Below, piece by piece: positions 1-10,869 of a DNA stretch of 54,067 nt. How positions within the stretch are numbered: the stretch's first letter is position 1; each line of letters begins with the position of its first letter. This DNA is from Hyphochytrium catenoides (taxonomy: Eukaryota; Protista; Hyphochytriomycota), in contig FLMG01001135.1 in assembly GCA_900088475.1 (NCBI GenBank), forward strand, positions 1 through 54,067, in the 5' to 3' direction. Made by a program: the position numbers and the translations under genes. The notes beneath the pieces were generated by a model that was not told the DNA's origin, did no database searches, and was given only the letters and a program-made list of their open reading frames with translations.

Positions 1-31
1 AGAGAAAGAGAGAGAGAGAGAGAGAAAGAGA
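1..31. repeat. (GA)n microsatellite
   Basis: agagaaagagagagagagagagagaaagaga at the window start. Confidence 0.9.
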
Positions 32-320
32 GCAGGACTTTCGGACAAGCCAAGTGCTGCCTGTTCCCACCGTGGTGCGGAAGAGAGAGATACAGAAGGA
101 GGAGGAACCGGGCTTCTCACGCTTCTTACTTTGATGTCAAAAGCTATAAAGAGACAAACATGACTGTTTACCTTCCGTCCTCCCTTCCTTCCTTCCTTCA
201 AGCCTTCCTTCAAGCATTAGTCCTTCGGCGCAGAGATCTGCAGACAGCTTACTAACAGCAGAGACCGTCATACCGGAAGGGAAAGAGAGGCTCCAACGAT
301 AGTGGAAAGAAAGGAAAATC

Positions 321-2672
321 ATGGGAGAAGTGGCACCGAACGCGCTGGGGAAGAGGCAGCTCTCCTCGACAACCGAGCGTGCCATCGTCCTCGTGCTACT
401 TACTGGACAGTTTCTATGGCTTTTTTTCACTATCTTTCTGCTCTTTGCGTCTAACATCACGTAAGTGGAAAACAGTGGTGCGCCGAGGAAAGACAGACAT
501 GAACAAGAGAAGGAGAGAGAGAGAGGAGAGAGAGAGAGATATTAGAGAGAGAGAGGAAAACAAGGGCGAGAGAGCAACACAGAGAGAGAGAGAAATGAGA
601 TCAAAGGACGAGACATGGGAAGGAAACAACCAGAGAGAGAGAGAGTGTACTATGGAGGCAAACTAAATCGAAATGCAGGGAAGGGAGTACAGAGTAAAGT
701 CTGGTCTTCGCTTGCTTATCCCTCTTACTTCTACTGCAGAGCTGCATTCGTCATTGCTTATGTGGCATGGATTTACCAAGATCCAACACCTTATCGCGGC
801 GGCATGAAGAAGGATTGGGTCCGGAGGCTGAAGATGTTTGAGTACGGTGTAACCCTGGCTAGGCTCTTTCGCTCTGCTTTGTCCTGCTTCTCTGTCCCAT
901 GATCTTCCGATTACCCCGTCGTCTCTCGCCGTCCATGTCCTTTATCCTCTCTCTTCATTCTGTCGCTTTATTATCTTTTTTTCTTGACTGTTTCTTGAAG
1001 CCTAGAGCAAAGCTGCTGTTGTTGTCTTACACGTCCTTACTTCTGCTTGCTCCGCTTAGTGTCATGAGAAAGTACTTTGACGCTGAGCTTATCAAGACTG
1101 TGGACTTAGATCCTTCCAAGAGATATATTTTTGGGGCCCATCCCCACGGCGTCATTAGCGTCAGCGTCTTTCTTACCTTTCTCACTGAGACGACTGGGTG
1201 GTCGGATAAGTTTCCAGGGGTCGATGCCAACCTTCTCACTCTGGACACAGTCAACAGGTACTCGCGGCATTGCGGCTCTCACCTTTTTCCGTTCTTCGCC
1301 TTGCACGGACGCAGAACACGTTTTCCCGGCCTTTGGTGCTCCATGCCACTTCGTCTCCTCGCTTGTTATACCTTCTATAGCTCTGGCCTGCCTTACGTGC
1401 TAATTCCCGACCCTGTCTTTCATAGAGTACCTTTCTCCCGGGAGTGGCTCGGCAGCTGCGGCACGGCAGACGTTAGTAAGAAGAGTATCGACTATATTCT
1501 CACGGATCAGTCCAGGCCACGGTCGGTCGCCATTGTCATAGGCGGAGCACAGGAGGCGCTAGACGCCATTCCTGGTAAGCAACTTGGCTTCAAGGACTAA
1601 TGCTCTACTCTTCTCAGTCTCAGTCTCTCAATTTCTGTCTCTCTTTCTCTATTTTCTTCTCGTATTGCCTGCTTTTAAGAGTCTTTCACTTCTGGCCATG
1701 CCCAAGCTTTCTATTGCGTCTACTGTTACTAGAGCACTACTCATTACTCTCATTGGCCCGCTGTTCCCCATCAGGTACTCTTTCCCTTACGTTGGCAAAG
1801 CGGAAAGGATTTGTTCGAATGGCTTTGAAGCACGGGTATGATGGCTGTAATCCCTATTGTTGAAGCACCACTAACTAACAGAGTCATCAGAGCTTCTCTG
1901 GTCCCTGTCCTCTCTTTTGGCGAGAACGATCTATTTGATCAGGTATGCTGATATATCCTATGATGCTCTACACGATGAACGAGGACTGACTCTCTCCTCT
2001 TATCTCTAAACAGGCTCAACACCCAGTCTTACGGAAGATTCAGGATTTTCTTCAAAAGCGAATGGGCTTCTCTCTCCCTGTCATCATGGGCGAAGGGGTA
2101 AGTCCACCTAACCAACTAGGGCTTCTTCTTCAGTCTTAATCAGGATATCTTTCCACATTTCCTTCCTCGGCATTACATAGCTCGCGTGGAGCAACTATGG
2201 ACTAGTGCCTCACAAGACGAAGCTTGTGACAGTAGGTAGGTTGGACGGGTTTCTGACTAAGGATGTTAACCACAAGGTTCTTGGGAAACTACTAGAGCCC
2301 AGAATGAGATAGATACACCTCCGCTGATCGCGAAGGAGGGAAAGAGAGAGAGAGTAAGCGGGAGCGAGCAAGAGAGAGTGCAGGATAAAAGGCGGTTAAG
2401 GAGAAGAGGCTGTGTAGTTTATTCTGAGAACAGCGAGAGGAAGATACAGCCCATTTCTAATGAGTCGCACGTCCTGTTTCGCTGTTGACAAACAAATGGC
2501 AGTGGGTAGACCAATAGACTGCCCGAAGCTCCCTGCAGATGTTTCTAAGGAAGAGCTGGACGCAAAGACAGCGGAATACCATGAACTATACATGAAAGAG
2601 CTAGACAAGGTGTACCAGGACAACAAGGAGAAGTACATGCCGCATAGGAAGGCCAGTCTGCGCATGAAGTGA
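321..2672 (+). CDS. DGAT2: Diacylglycerol/monoacylglycerol O-acyltransferase, DGAT2 family (about 9 exons)
   Basis: Spliced product MGEVAPNALGKR...TM segment...RKYFD...RYIFGAHPHG...IVIGGAQEAL...[27 protein letters not shown]...VVGRPIDCPK...SLRMK*. Carries the DGAT2 motifs HPHG, GGxxE, RxGFxxxA, VPxxxFG and GxPI. GT-AG introns with compatible phases, first intron 461-739. Confidence 0.92.
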
Positions 2673-2806
2673 AGGGGAGTGCCCTTGCTCTATATATTAC
2701 AGATCCACTAACACCGGCCCCTAGGCAAGGCGAAAGGGTATGGAAGAGAGATTCCCTTGTCTTCCTGCCCTGCCCGTGATCGCTTTTTTTATAAAGAAGT
2801 TTTCTA

Positions 2807-3693
2807 CTACCATTGTAAGCCACCTAACATAAGGTAGCTCTTCACCTCCACGGAGTGCTGGATGAGGTTATGTCGTTTCTCCAGAGCCTCGTCGATGAAT
2901 CCGCAGGCCTCCTCTACTGTCTCGTAGTCCCACACAGTGAAGCCAGGGTTCCCTCTAATTAGTGCAGAGAGGCTTCGGCCGCAAGATGGCCTAAAGAGAC
3001 AAACAACAGGCTTTCCTAGCGCCTCTGCCAGAGCAATCTCATAACCAACGCCTGATGGGTCCAAGAAGGGGCGACACGAGGGTCAGTTTTAGAAGAATAG
3101 TAAGCTCTTTAAGCATTGGGAAGGTATAGATTAGCCTTTAGACTTTGACGAAACGACGAAAGAAGACTACAAAGCCTTCCTCCAGCAGTAACCCAAGAGT
3201 AAAGGAGTCTTACCTAAAGAAGGTGATGTTACTTCGGCGATGACAATATCAGCTTCTCTGAGCCAGCTGACGTTGCGGTGGTAGATCTTTTTGTCCGCTT
3301 CAGGTCCTGCAGACTCCAACACATACTCCGCATCCCCTATATCTTCAGTTAAGACGTCACACCTTCGTCTCATATGCGCAATGATCTCCCTATACACGCT
3401 GGCATCTTGCCTTCCACCGCGAATAGAGCCACAGAAGTAAATCTGGTCATAGAGAACATGAGAACGTCACCGCATACCTCTAAGATGTAAACCACACATA
3501 CCTTCAGATTCTCAATGTTACTACTCACTGAGGCTCTACGTGACTCGAGGGAGGCCGTGGGCTCTTGGCCTCTCGCCCTGGATACCTCTTCGCCAATTTG
3601 ACAGCTCACAGCCTCTACATCCCCAGGTCCTTGTGAGGGTAACTCCTGCGTAACAATACTGCTGTCATCGTGGCTTTCAGATAGCTGCGGCAT
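2807..3693 (-). CDS. DNPH1: 2'-deoxynucleoside 5'-phosphate N-hydrolase (DNPH1/Rcl; nucleoside 2-deoxyribosyltransferase fold) with N-terminal extension; 5' end uncertain
   Basis: Spliced: ...IENLK|IYFCGSIRGGRQDASVYREII...VLTEDIG...IYHRNVSWLREADIVIAEVTSPSL|GVGYEIALAEALGKPVVCLFRPSCGRSLSALIRG. Closely matches human DNPH1 (LYFCGSIRGG, VAEVTQPSLGVGYE, CLFRPQSGRVLSAMIRG). Confidence 0.92.
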
Positions 3694-4528
3694 GATGAAG
3701 GCAAGCGCAGGAGCTCTTGAGGTCCTTTATCTGCCAAGCGCTAGGCCGTATTAGAAGTCTGACCTCGTCGGGAGACTAGAAAGCCGAGGGCTGGAGGAGG
3801 TTGAAGCTTCCAGTCGGCGAAGGTGTCCGATTGACCGATGATCCGCTATGTCTCTCAGAGGCTATGTCATCCTCATCTCTATCGTGTCATGGCCCTATCT
3901 ATCTGGCGCTCTGTCTTGGCTAGCGTCTTTGGTTAAATCGGTAATCTCACTAGAGATCTGCGTAATGTCAACTATTCTGTCACACTCTTACTGTTCCTTG
4001 ATTGCCCTCTGTCTCTTCTTACCTCTTCATGTCCTCTTCTCAATTTCTGCAGTAGAACGTTGTAAGCCTTAGTTCCTACTCAGACCCTGATACCCCAGAA
4101 CCAAACATTGCGTTCTGAAACTGTAAAAACCTCCATTTTACGATACAAACGGCCACCAACAAGGCCGTTAGCGGTCACAGTGATCTGATCACAAGCTGCA
4201 TAATTTGCGTTGTTTTGTCTGCATTGCCTTGTGCTGAGTGCTGAGCGATAGCGCCGCTGTGGCCTCGCTCACTTCCACTTCATTAAGGAGATTGAAGACT
4301 CCGATGGACGATGAATCCGCTGTCCTCGTAGGCACAAGTAGCCCCGCCCATGTGGGGTAGGAAGGATATTGAGATGTCCTGAGTGGAGGTGAGCGACACC
4401 CGATGTTGTGGCATCGGTCTGGCACGGCTAGGCTAAGCAGGGAGCCTTTTATACCTTCCGACGGCATCCATCCGAGGTGATGTCGCCCCAAAATCAGTTT
4501 CCACAGCCTTTTCTACGGCACTCTAGCG

Positions 4529-5275
4529 ATGGATCTGCATGGGGTGGTAGAAATATCAGATGATGATGAACCGTTCTTTGAGCCACAAAGCCATGTGGAC
4601 GTAGACCTTTCGTCCACCCAAAAAAGCAGGCCTAGGCTTCTTCACACTCCGCCAAGAAGCTCCAAGAAGCGTAAAGTAAATGTTACGGAGGCCTCGAAGG
4701 TGGAAAATACACAGTTGCCCCAGAGGTTAGCTGCCAGTTTTCCTGGGGGCAAGAGTGAAGGCGTTCCTAGCGCAGAACAGAGCATCGTTACGCTACCTTC
4801 CGATGACATTCTCGTCTGCATGCAGTGTTATGCTTGTATTGAGCGCAGCCAGTGGTCTGAGCATAGCGATTATCACATCGCTCTAGACTTTCAGGGCAAA
4901 GCAACCCAACCGCAGATCTCAGGATCATCCCAAATACGCTCCTCGCCTAAGAAGCAGGGTCACCGAAATATGGCCGGCACAGTCTACGACGATAGAGGAG
5001 AAAGAGCTAAGGAAGACACCTTACAAGTTCACGCGCAACCCAATCACACCAGGAGAAACGCGCAAACTACCGAGTGCTTCAATAAGGATCAAAGATTGAA
5101 AAATGATACTGCTCTTCGGACGGGATATAGTGACCCAGAAGACCTATTATCAGTTTCGGAGGCTCTCAATCTTTTGCAGACTCCACAAAGGGCCGAGGAC
5201 TACCTCATCGCCTACCGGAGTAGATATGGACCCCTTCCATGGGATGGCATTGTCGATGAGTCTACCATTAAATAA
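4529..5275 (+). CDS. Intronless 248-aa protein with a UBZ3-type ubiquitin-binding zinc finger and SIM-like motifs
   Basis: ATG-initiated ORF. CMQC-x11-HSDYHIALDFQ (4817-4894) matches the Pol eta-type UBZ (CxxC...EHxDYHxAxxxQ). N-terminal VVEISDDDE is SIM-like; KKRK is a possible NLS. Confidence 0.75.
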   Translation: MDLHGVVEISDDDEPFFEPQSHVDVDLSSTQKSRPRLLHTPPRSSKKRKVNVTEASKVENTQLPQRLAASFPGGKSEGVPSAEQSIVTLPSDDILVCMQCYACIERSQWSEHSDYHIALDFQGKATQPQISGSSQIRSSPKKQGHRNMAGTVYDDRGERAKEDTLQVHAQPNHTRRNAQTTECFNKDQRLKNDTALRTGYSDPEDLLSVSEALNLLQTPQRAEDYLIAYRSRYGPLPWDGIVDESTIK

Positions 5276-5423
5276 CCGAATGACGACGTTAGGATCACCA
5301 TGCATGAGGTTTCTCGATGAGTATTCCGGAGAGACGCAGGAGAGATGAGGGCGATAACATGGAAAAGTTTGGCCACTTTGGCCTCGGTAAAGGTGCAGTC
5401 AATCATCTTCAATAGTAATTGGG

Positions 5424-6420
5424 TCAAGGTTGGCCTTCTCCACTAGCCCAACAATCGCAGGGTACAACCGTGCTGCATCCACCAGAATTCGAATAAGGCG
5501 CTGCTTCTCATACTTTTCCAGCGTTTCTCGAAGTTTTGCATCCTTCTCGGCCTGGCTGTCTTCGTGGTGACGGGCAGCTTCTTCTCCTTTCCCTTCGCTC
5601 TCTTGGTCTTCTTGTTCGTCTTGGTGGACTGTCTTTGGCTCCTCATCTGTGGGTATGCCGTACGCTGCAGACAGCCATCTATGTAGAAAAATTTGAAAAT
5701 CATGCGTGGCTCAGAAGCGAGAGGCGTGACGCAACACGTCTGAACAATCTACAGAGACAGAAGATCGAAATTGTAACCTTTGATGCTTCATTGGGTCACT
5801 TGCTGCTACTACGGCCGAGGCGACACCAAAGATGGATGTGTGCTGTACATCCATCCTTCCTAGCAGCACAGCCACCGTGTGCTTGCAATAACCTAATCGG
5901 CCAGGTTAAAGGTTTGGATAGAGCGCTAAAAGGAATATAAAATTTGCTGACCTTGACGCTTGTCAGGGCAGGTGCAGGAGCAAGAAATGTTGGTCTCTGA
6001 CACTGGATCTTCTTTGCGCCTAAGGTAGCGCACCGGTGTGTTTCGGGTCACTACTCCATTCTCCACCCTTCTATGTAGTCCTCCTAACGTACCATGTAAT
6101 AATAACGAGGTAAGGCTGGTCTTTAGAACCCTTTACAGAGGCTTCAAGTCTCCCTGGCTCCTCCTTCGTGACCTCCACTTGGCCTGGGAAGAGACAATCG
6201 TCACAAGTAGGCTCGTTCATTATAGGGCTCAATCCCCCTTGCTCACCTTCATTATAGAGCTCAATCCCCCTTGATAGAGAACCCGCAGAGGCATGTTCCC
6301 TGTGGATACCGAAGAAAGATTCAGTGGGCTGAAGAAGGCATTCACTAGGAGCCAAAGACTAATGCACCTGATGAGATCCTCCGTTACTCCGTCGATGATA
6401 CTTCGATGCTTACGCTTCAT
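5424..6420 (-). CDS. SWIM zinc-finger protein, bacterial COG4715-like architecture (6 exons, about 210 aa)
   Basis: Phase-compatible GT-AG splicing gives MKRKHRSIIDGVTEDLIR|EHASAGSLSRGIELYNE|GQVEVTKEEPGRLEASVKGSKDQPYLVIITW|RKEDPVSETNISCSCTCPDKRQ|GYCKHTVAVLL...|WLSAAYG...KLRETLEKYEKQRLIRILVDAARLYPAIVGLVGEGQP*. Contains the SWIM motif CxC-x6-CxH. Confidence 0.8.
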
Positions 6421-6561
6421 CGGATGCCTGTGTTTTTGTGGTGGGATCGTTTGATTTTGCACTCGCCCTTCGTCTTCGCTGTGTTTCTGACAGATTCGAC
6501 CGGGCCACTTCAAGTTTGCTCTTTTCTCCTACTTGGCAGCTTCCCTGAGTGATCTCTTCAC

Positions 6562-6639
6562 TTATTGTCCGCCAGCGTCCGTCACTGCTGCCCCGAGTAT
6601 TGTCTCCAGTTATTGTCTATCAGCGTCCGTCACTGCTGC
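6562..6639. repeat. Imperfect 2-copy direct repeat, period 48 bp
   Basis: ttattgtcCGCcagcgtccgtcactgctgc at 6562 and ttattgtcTATcagcgtccgtcactgctgc at 6610. Confidence 0.85.
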
Positions 6640-7349
6640 TGTCTCTATCAAGCGCTGCTGTTAGCACAGCAGCTACTTCATTTGGAGCCGCTGTGCGGCC
6701 CAAGCTGCTGTACTCTAAAGGTTCCCCGATGCGAATCCCACTTATAAACAAAGCGAAGGGACATCATCAGACAAGAACACATAAGAATGGAGAACCGGAG
6801 AATCAGAGATAAACAGGTATTTCTGCCAGTAATTCATCACCCAAATCCCCCGATCAGGAATATGTTTACCTAACTACCTTGAAGGAACTCCTGTCACCGA
6901 CTAAATCTTTGGAGAGAGCAACGCCGCATGCCATCTGAACTCTATTGACTTTCATTCGGCGTTGCTCTGACTGAGGCTCACTTTGGTGATAGAGTTTGCC
7001 TCTAGATTGGATGATTGGAGACTATCGGCATCCGTCGCCAGATTCACATTACCGGCTGAAGTACTATATTGGCCAACAGGTAAGCCGGAGTCATGGCTAG
7101 GTCCAATGAGTCGACTCAAGCAACCATCCCGTTCAAGGACTGGGTTGCTAAGCAAATGAGAAGCCAGAATGCGTCAGGAACATGCCAAGAGAGGCACACG
7201 CAAAGCTCGTGTTCATGAGATCCTCGCCAAGATTGAGGAAGGGCTGTCTTGAAGGAGGAAACTGTATGAGAAATAGAGAGAACTAGATAGATCACTTTCG
7301 TTGTTCAGTTCCATTTATGGCTCATTGCTAACTTCCTTCGAGGTAGCAC

Positions 7350-10225
7350 TTAAGAGCAAGAAGAAGAAGAAGTCGACCCCTCGATAAGACGTTTGATAAC
7401 GCTCTTCCCCAGGTCGAATATATTAGTAGACTGGATAGACCAGAAGCGTGATACGGGATGTGCAGTCCTTCTTGACCACCTGGTTTGGCAGGGCTAAGAT
7501 GGCTATGTATGTTATAGTGCAAGGCGGACGTGACTTATGCGCAAACCTCTGACCAGGTGAGTAGCGGATGGCTAGGACAGCATCCTCTGTAAAACTTGCC
7601 GTACGATTTTCTCTGTCATCCCGAGAGACAATGGGATCTGAGGCACAGGCATGCGTCTAACGGCTCAAACGTACATGTTGGTCTTGTTCAGACTGTCCTC
7701 GTATTCAGTCAAAGGCGTCGTAAGTTCTATGTATAATCAACACAGGATCAGGTTCTTCTCCCAAAGCTTCGTTATACATGGCTCTCACTGCTCTCGGTAG
7801 CATTAAGCTCTCGGCCAGACTGCTTGCTCGTACCTAGAAGGACCCTTGGCGGTAGACCCTCCCACGCTACGCAGCTGCTCAAAAGAGAAGTAAACAAAGA
7901 GCCCTTGGACTCTCTTGATAACTGAGGGAGGTTGATGAGCGCTGGCGCCATCTCTGATTGGGGGGATCCTATTGAGATATTCCATCACTCTCGAAAGTGT
8001 CCATTCATCAACAGACATCGGTGCCGAGGGTCCACAGCGGCCCCTAAAATAGGAACGAGCAATGGCCGGAAAGGAGGCCTGAGCGTAGTGTGTAGCTCAG
8101 CAAACTTGATCTGGGACGAGGTACACAGTCACACATTTAGCTATTAGAGGCAAGAGTGCTATTCTCTCTAGGTCTACTAAGTCGATAGCCGAGGATCTTC
8201 AGCTTGTACGTCAGATTATCGTTAGGGTTTGCTGCCCCAGTGATACTCTTCCGCTTTATGCTCTTTTCCTTCTTCAAGTGACTTTTCTTCGCTCTGATGC
8301 TAAATCAAACAGAAGTGCAAAGGAGGCGTAGCGCTCAGCAAAGAACTATAAGCAATTTTAGATAGGACGTGGGGAGCACATTGCTAGGCCATACCAAAGG
8401 GCGATAGGAAGCGGTGAAAGGCAAAGGATACAGGTGCTATTACAAAGACAAAACGACGAAAAGACTTGTAAGTCCTCACCTTAAATAACTCGTGGTCAGC
8501 GACATGACGGCAAGAATGACGCCTACTTTTTCCGCTAGAGAGGGCTCTTCTCCACGTTGTATCAAGTAGGACGCTACCAGGTATAAAGCACTAATCAAAC
8601 CGATTATCTCCTCACTTTTTAGAGCAGTGGTTTCCTATGTTTTGGTGTTAGCTTGAACGTTGAGTGCTGACGCCGTTAGCTAGTGCATTCTAGATAGTGC
8701 CAAGTACCGAGGAAGGCTAAATCGTGGCAACATGTCAAACCGACAGACGGGGAGAACTGATATCTGGAACAATTTAGGAAGGGGCAAGACTAGATAAGCT
8801 CTGGAATTTACCTTTGACTCCAATTCTATAGCGTCCGCTGAGTAGGCCGTACTCAGGTTGTCAGGGACTTCACAAGATACATGTACTGCACGGACCAGGA
8901 GTCAGGGCTAACTCTATGTTATTTCATGCCTCTCAGCCCTTTCTTCCGATTGCTAAATCTCCACTTGTGCTCGTCTTGCTGCTCGATCTCTCCCTTCCGG
9001 TGCCATCCTCATACCAAAGGCCGTGTCCCGCACAATATGCTTCTCCTTATAAGCTATACATGTCGCAGGGCATACCTTCGAGAGATATAAGAGGTGTCGA
9101 GCCCTGGACCTCCAGCCACGCGGGTTCTCCCGAGTTCCAACAAGAGAGCAAGGCCGACGTTCCAATCCTATCACACGAAGACAGTCAGCTTTAATTTAAA
9201 TCCCTCAAAGCCCAGCAAGCTCCGTCACCTGGCGCTATTGCCATCCCTCAGAGTTACTATTGCAATTCCCCCTTGCTTTAAGTTGCCGACATTTATGGTT
9301 GAGCCCCAGGAAGGATTCCGATGCACTACGCGCTCAGGCAACTTCCCATCCTCCACAGAAACAAGAAGCACAGAAACCTCCTCCGGCTGTTGAGACAAGT
9401 GTCAGGTCTTTCATTACAACGAGGGTACCTCACACTTTTGTTATTACCACGTTCTCGATCTCACTCGGTGCTATGGATGTCTGCGAAGCTCGTTCCGAAG
9501 GATGTATCGGCGCTGCCAGCGTCTTGTCAGCTCCTGTACTTAGTGAGCCCGCCGGTGCTCTGGGGACTGCACCTATCGCCTAGAAAGGGAACGAAGAGGT
9601 GATAAAAGGACACTCCTAGCAGACATAGCCCTGGACAGAGTGGAGTCGGGAGCTAACCTCAAGGATAAGGTTGCGCCACCGTTCGCAGACTCCTATCGCT
9701 GTCACTGGAACACGGAGCATGACGTTTGTCGTCACTTTCTGCGATAAGAGAAGGGGTGAGAGAGCTGCTTACTGTTTCAACCTGGTACTAAGCCTTACCA
9801 TCTGAATCTCCAGAAATTGGTACTCAGTGCTGCAGCCAGGCTCAAGGAGTGAGGCAGCAACCTCTGCCGATGAGAAAATCTTGGCAGATGAAATGTCTCT
9901 GAGCGGCAATCTCCCTCTTTCCTCACCAAAAAGATCATCATCTTTGGCCCGTCTGAAGTAGTGCAGCGTATTGGCTGAAGATAGGAAGACCGTGACTACA
10001 GAGATTTTAGTGAGCTAGAGGGCCGTGCTGGACTACTCACGTGTCAAAACGAAGTATCTTCTTGCCCATCCAGATCTGACCGCCCCGTCTCGCTTCTTCT
10101 CCATATAGCCTTGTGACGCCCAACAACAGTTCTGATCAGCCTACACGAGTGCCAGCTTAGATGAGAGGTATCTCACCGGCTGCGATGACGCGCAAGTCAT
10201 TTTTATATGTTGGAAGCGTCTCCAT
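7350..10225 (-). CDS. PH-domain protein with two central hydrophobic helices and an unrecognised C-terminal domain (many exons)
   Basis: Exons METLPTYKMTCASSQP|ADQNCCWASQGYMEKKRDGAVRSGWARRYFVLT|PNTLHYFR...ERGRLPL...|...CERWRNLILE form a PH domain. Later exons give IIGLISALYLVASYLI and VGVILAVMSLTTSYL, then ARSYFRGRCGP...SVIKRLIEGSTSSSSCS*. Some internal junctions are uncertain. Confidence 0.72.
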
Positions 10226-10869
10226 TACTGCTGCAGGCGGTGTAAACACAGCTAGTGCTCAGAATGTCTCGGAGTTGGCTGCATCGAAGTAGCGGTGGTC
10301 CTAGTTCAGTTCAACCTTCTAGCTCGACGTGCGTGATAAAGCTCGCCGTACACTCATGAGGGCCCTCCGAACGCTCCTTTAATAGGTTGCTAAATATGTC
10401 TATCAAAGGCACGCTAATGGAGTCCAACTATCAAAGAGTCGCAGTGCTAGGAGGAAGCGAAGCTCCTCTTGCAGCTTGCAGCTCCTCTGATCCCTCCGCT
10501 AATAGAACAGCAACTGCACTTCACGCTCTTCTGCTGAAGAGTTTTTCTGCTTGTCTTTTCCCACCCCCACGATATTTTTGATAACTGATAACTGATTCTG
10601 AGGATCAATTTGAAAAATCTCGCCCCACAGTAGTGCACGGTAATCTCTGATTGATAACTAAGGATTTCCGTTACAACCTCCCTTCGAAGCCTGTCATCTG
10701 ATTCCTACAGGTAACAAGAAGTTGCCGAACGAGGTCAATTGGTCCGTTACTCGGTGCGGGATGGAGCGCCTAGTCTTAGGGCACTTGGCGACAGTCCAAA
10801 GCTTAAGACAGGAGCAAAGAGCTAGCGATTGCTAGGTGGGCAGACAGATGCTTGTGTCAGAGTGACGGG

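Noticed and set aside
137-666. ORFs rich in RE/SL dipeptides (also near 19730-20120, 20582-20860, 23850-24299, 33457-33727, 48788-49120)
   Set aside because: Translations of GA/CT microsatellites in introns or intergenic DNA, or antisense shadows of real exons
3700-4491. Possible extra upstream exons of DNPH1 and the 100-aa minus ORF 4189-4491
   Set aside because: Several incompatible splicings are possible with no recognisable motif; left unannotated
7100-7252. Hairpin with a GTTCAA loop (tRNA T-arm-like) and a UGA-interrupted + strand frame
   Set aside because: No cloverleaf, A box or acceptor stem; no redox motif or SECIS to support selenocysteine readthrough
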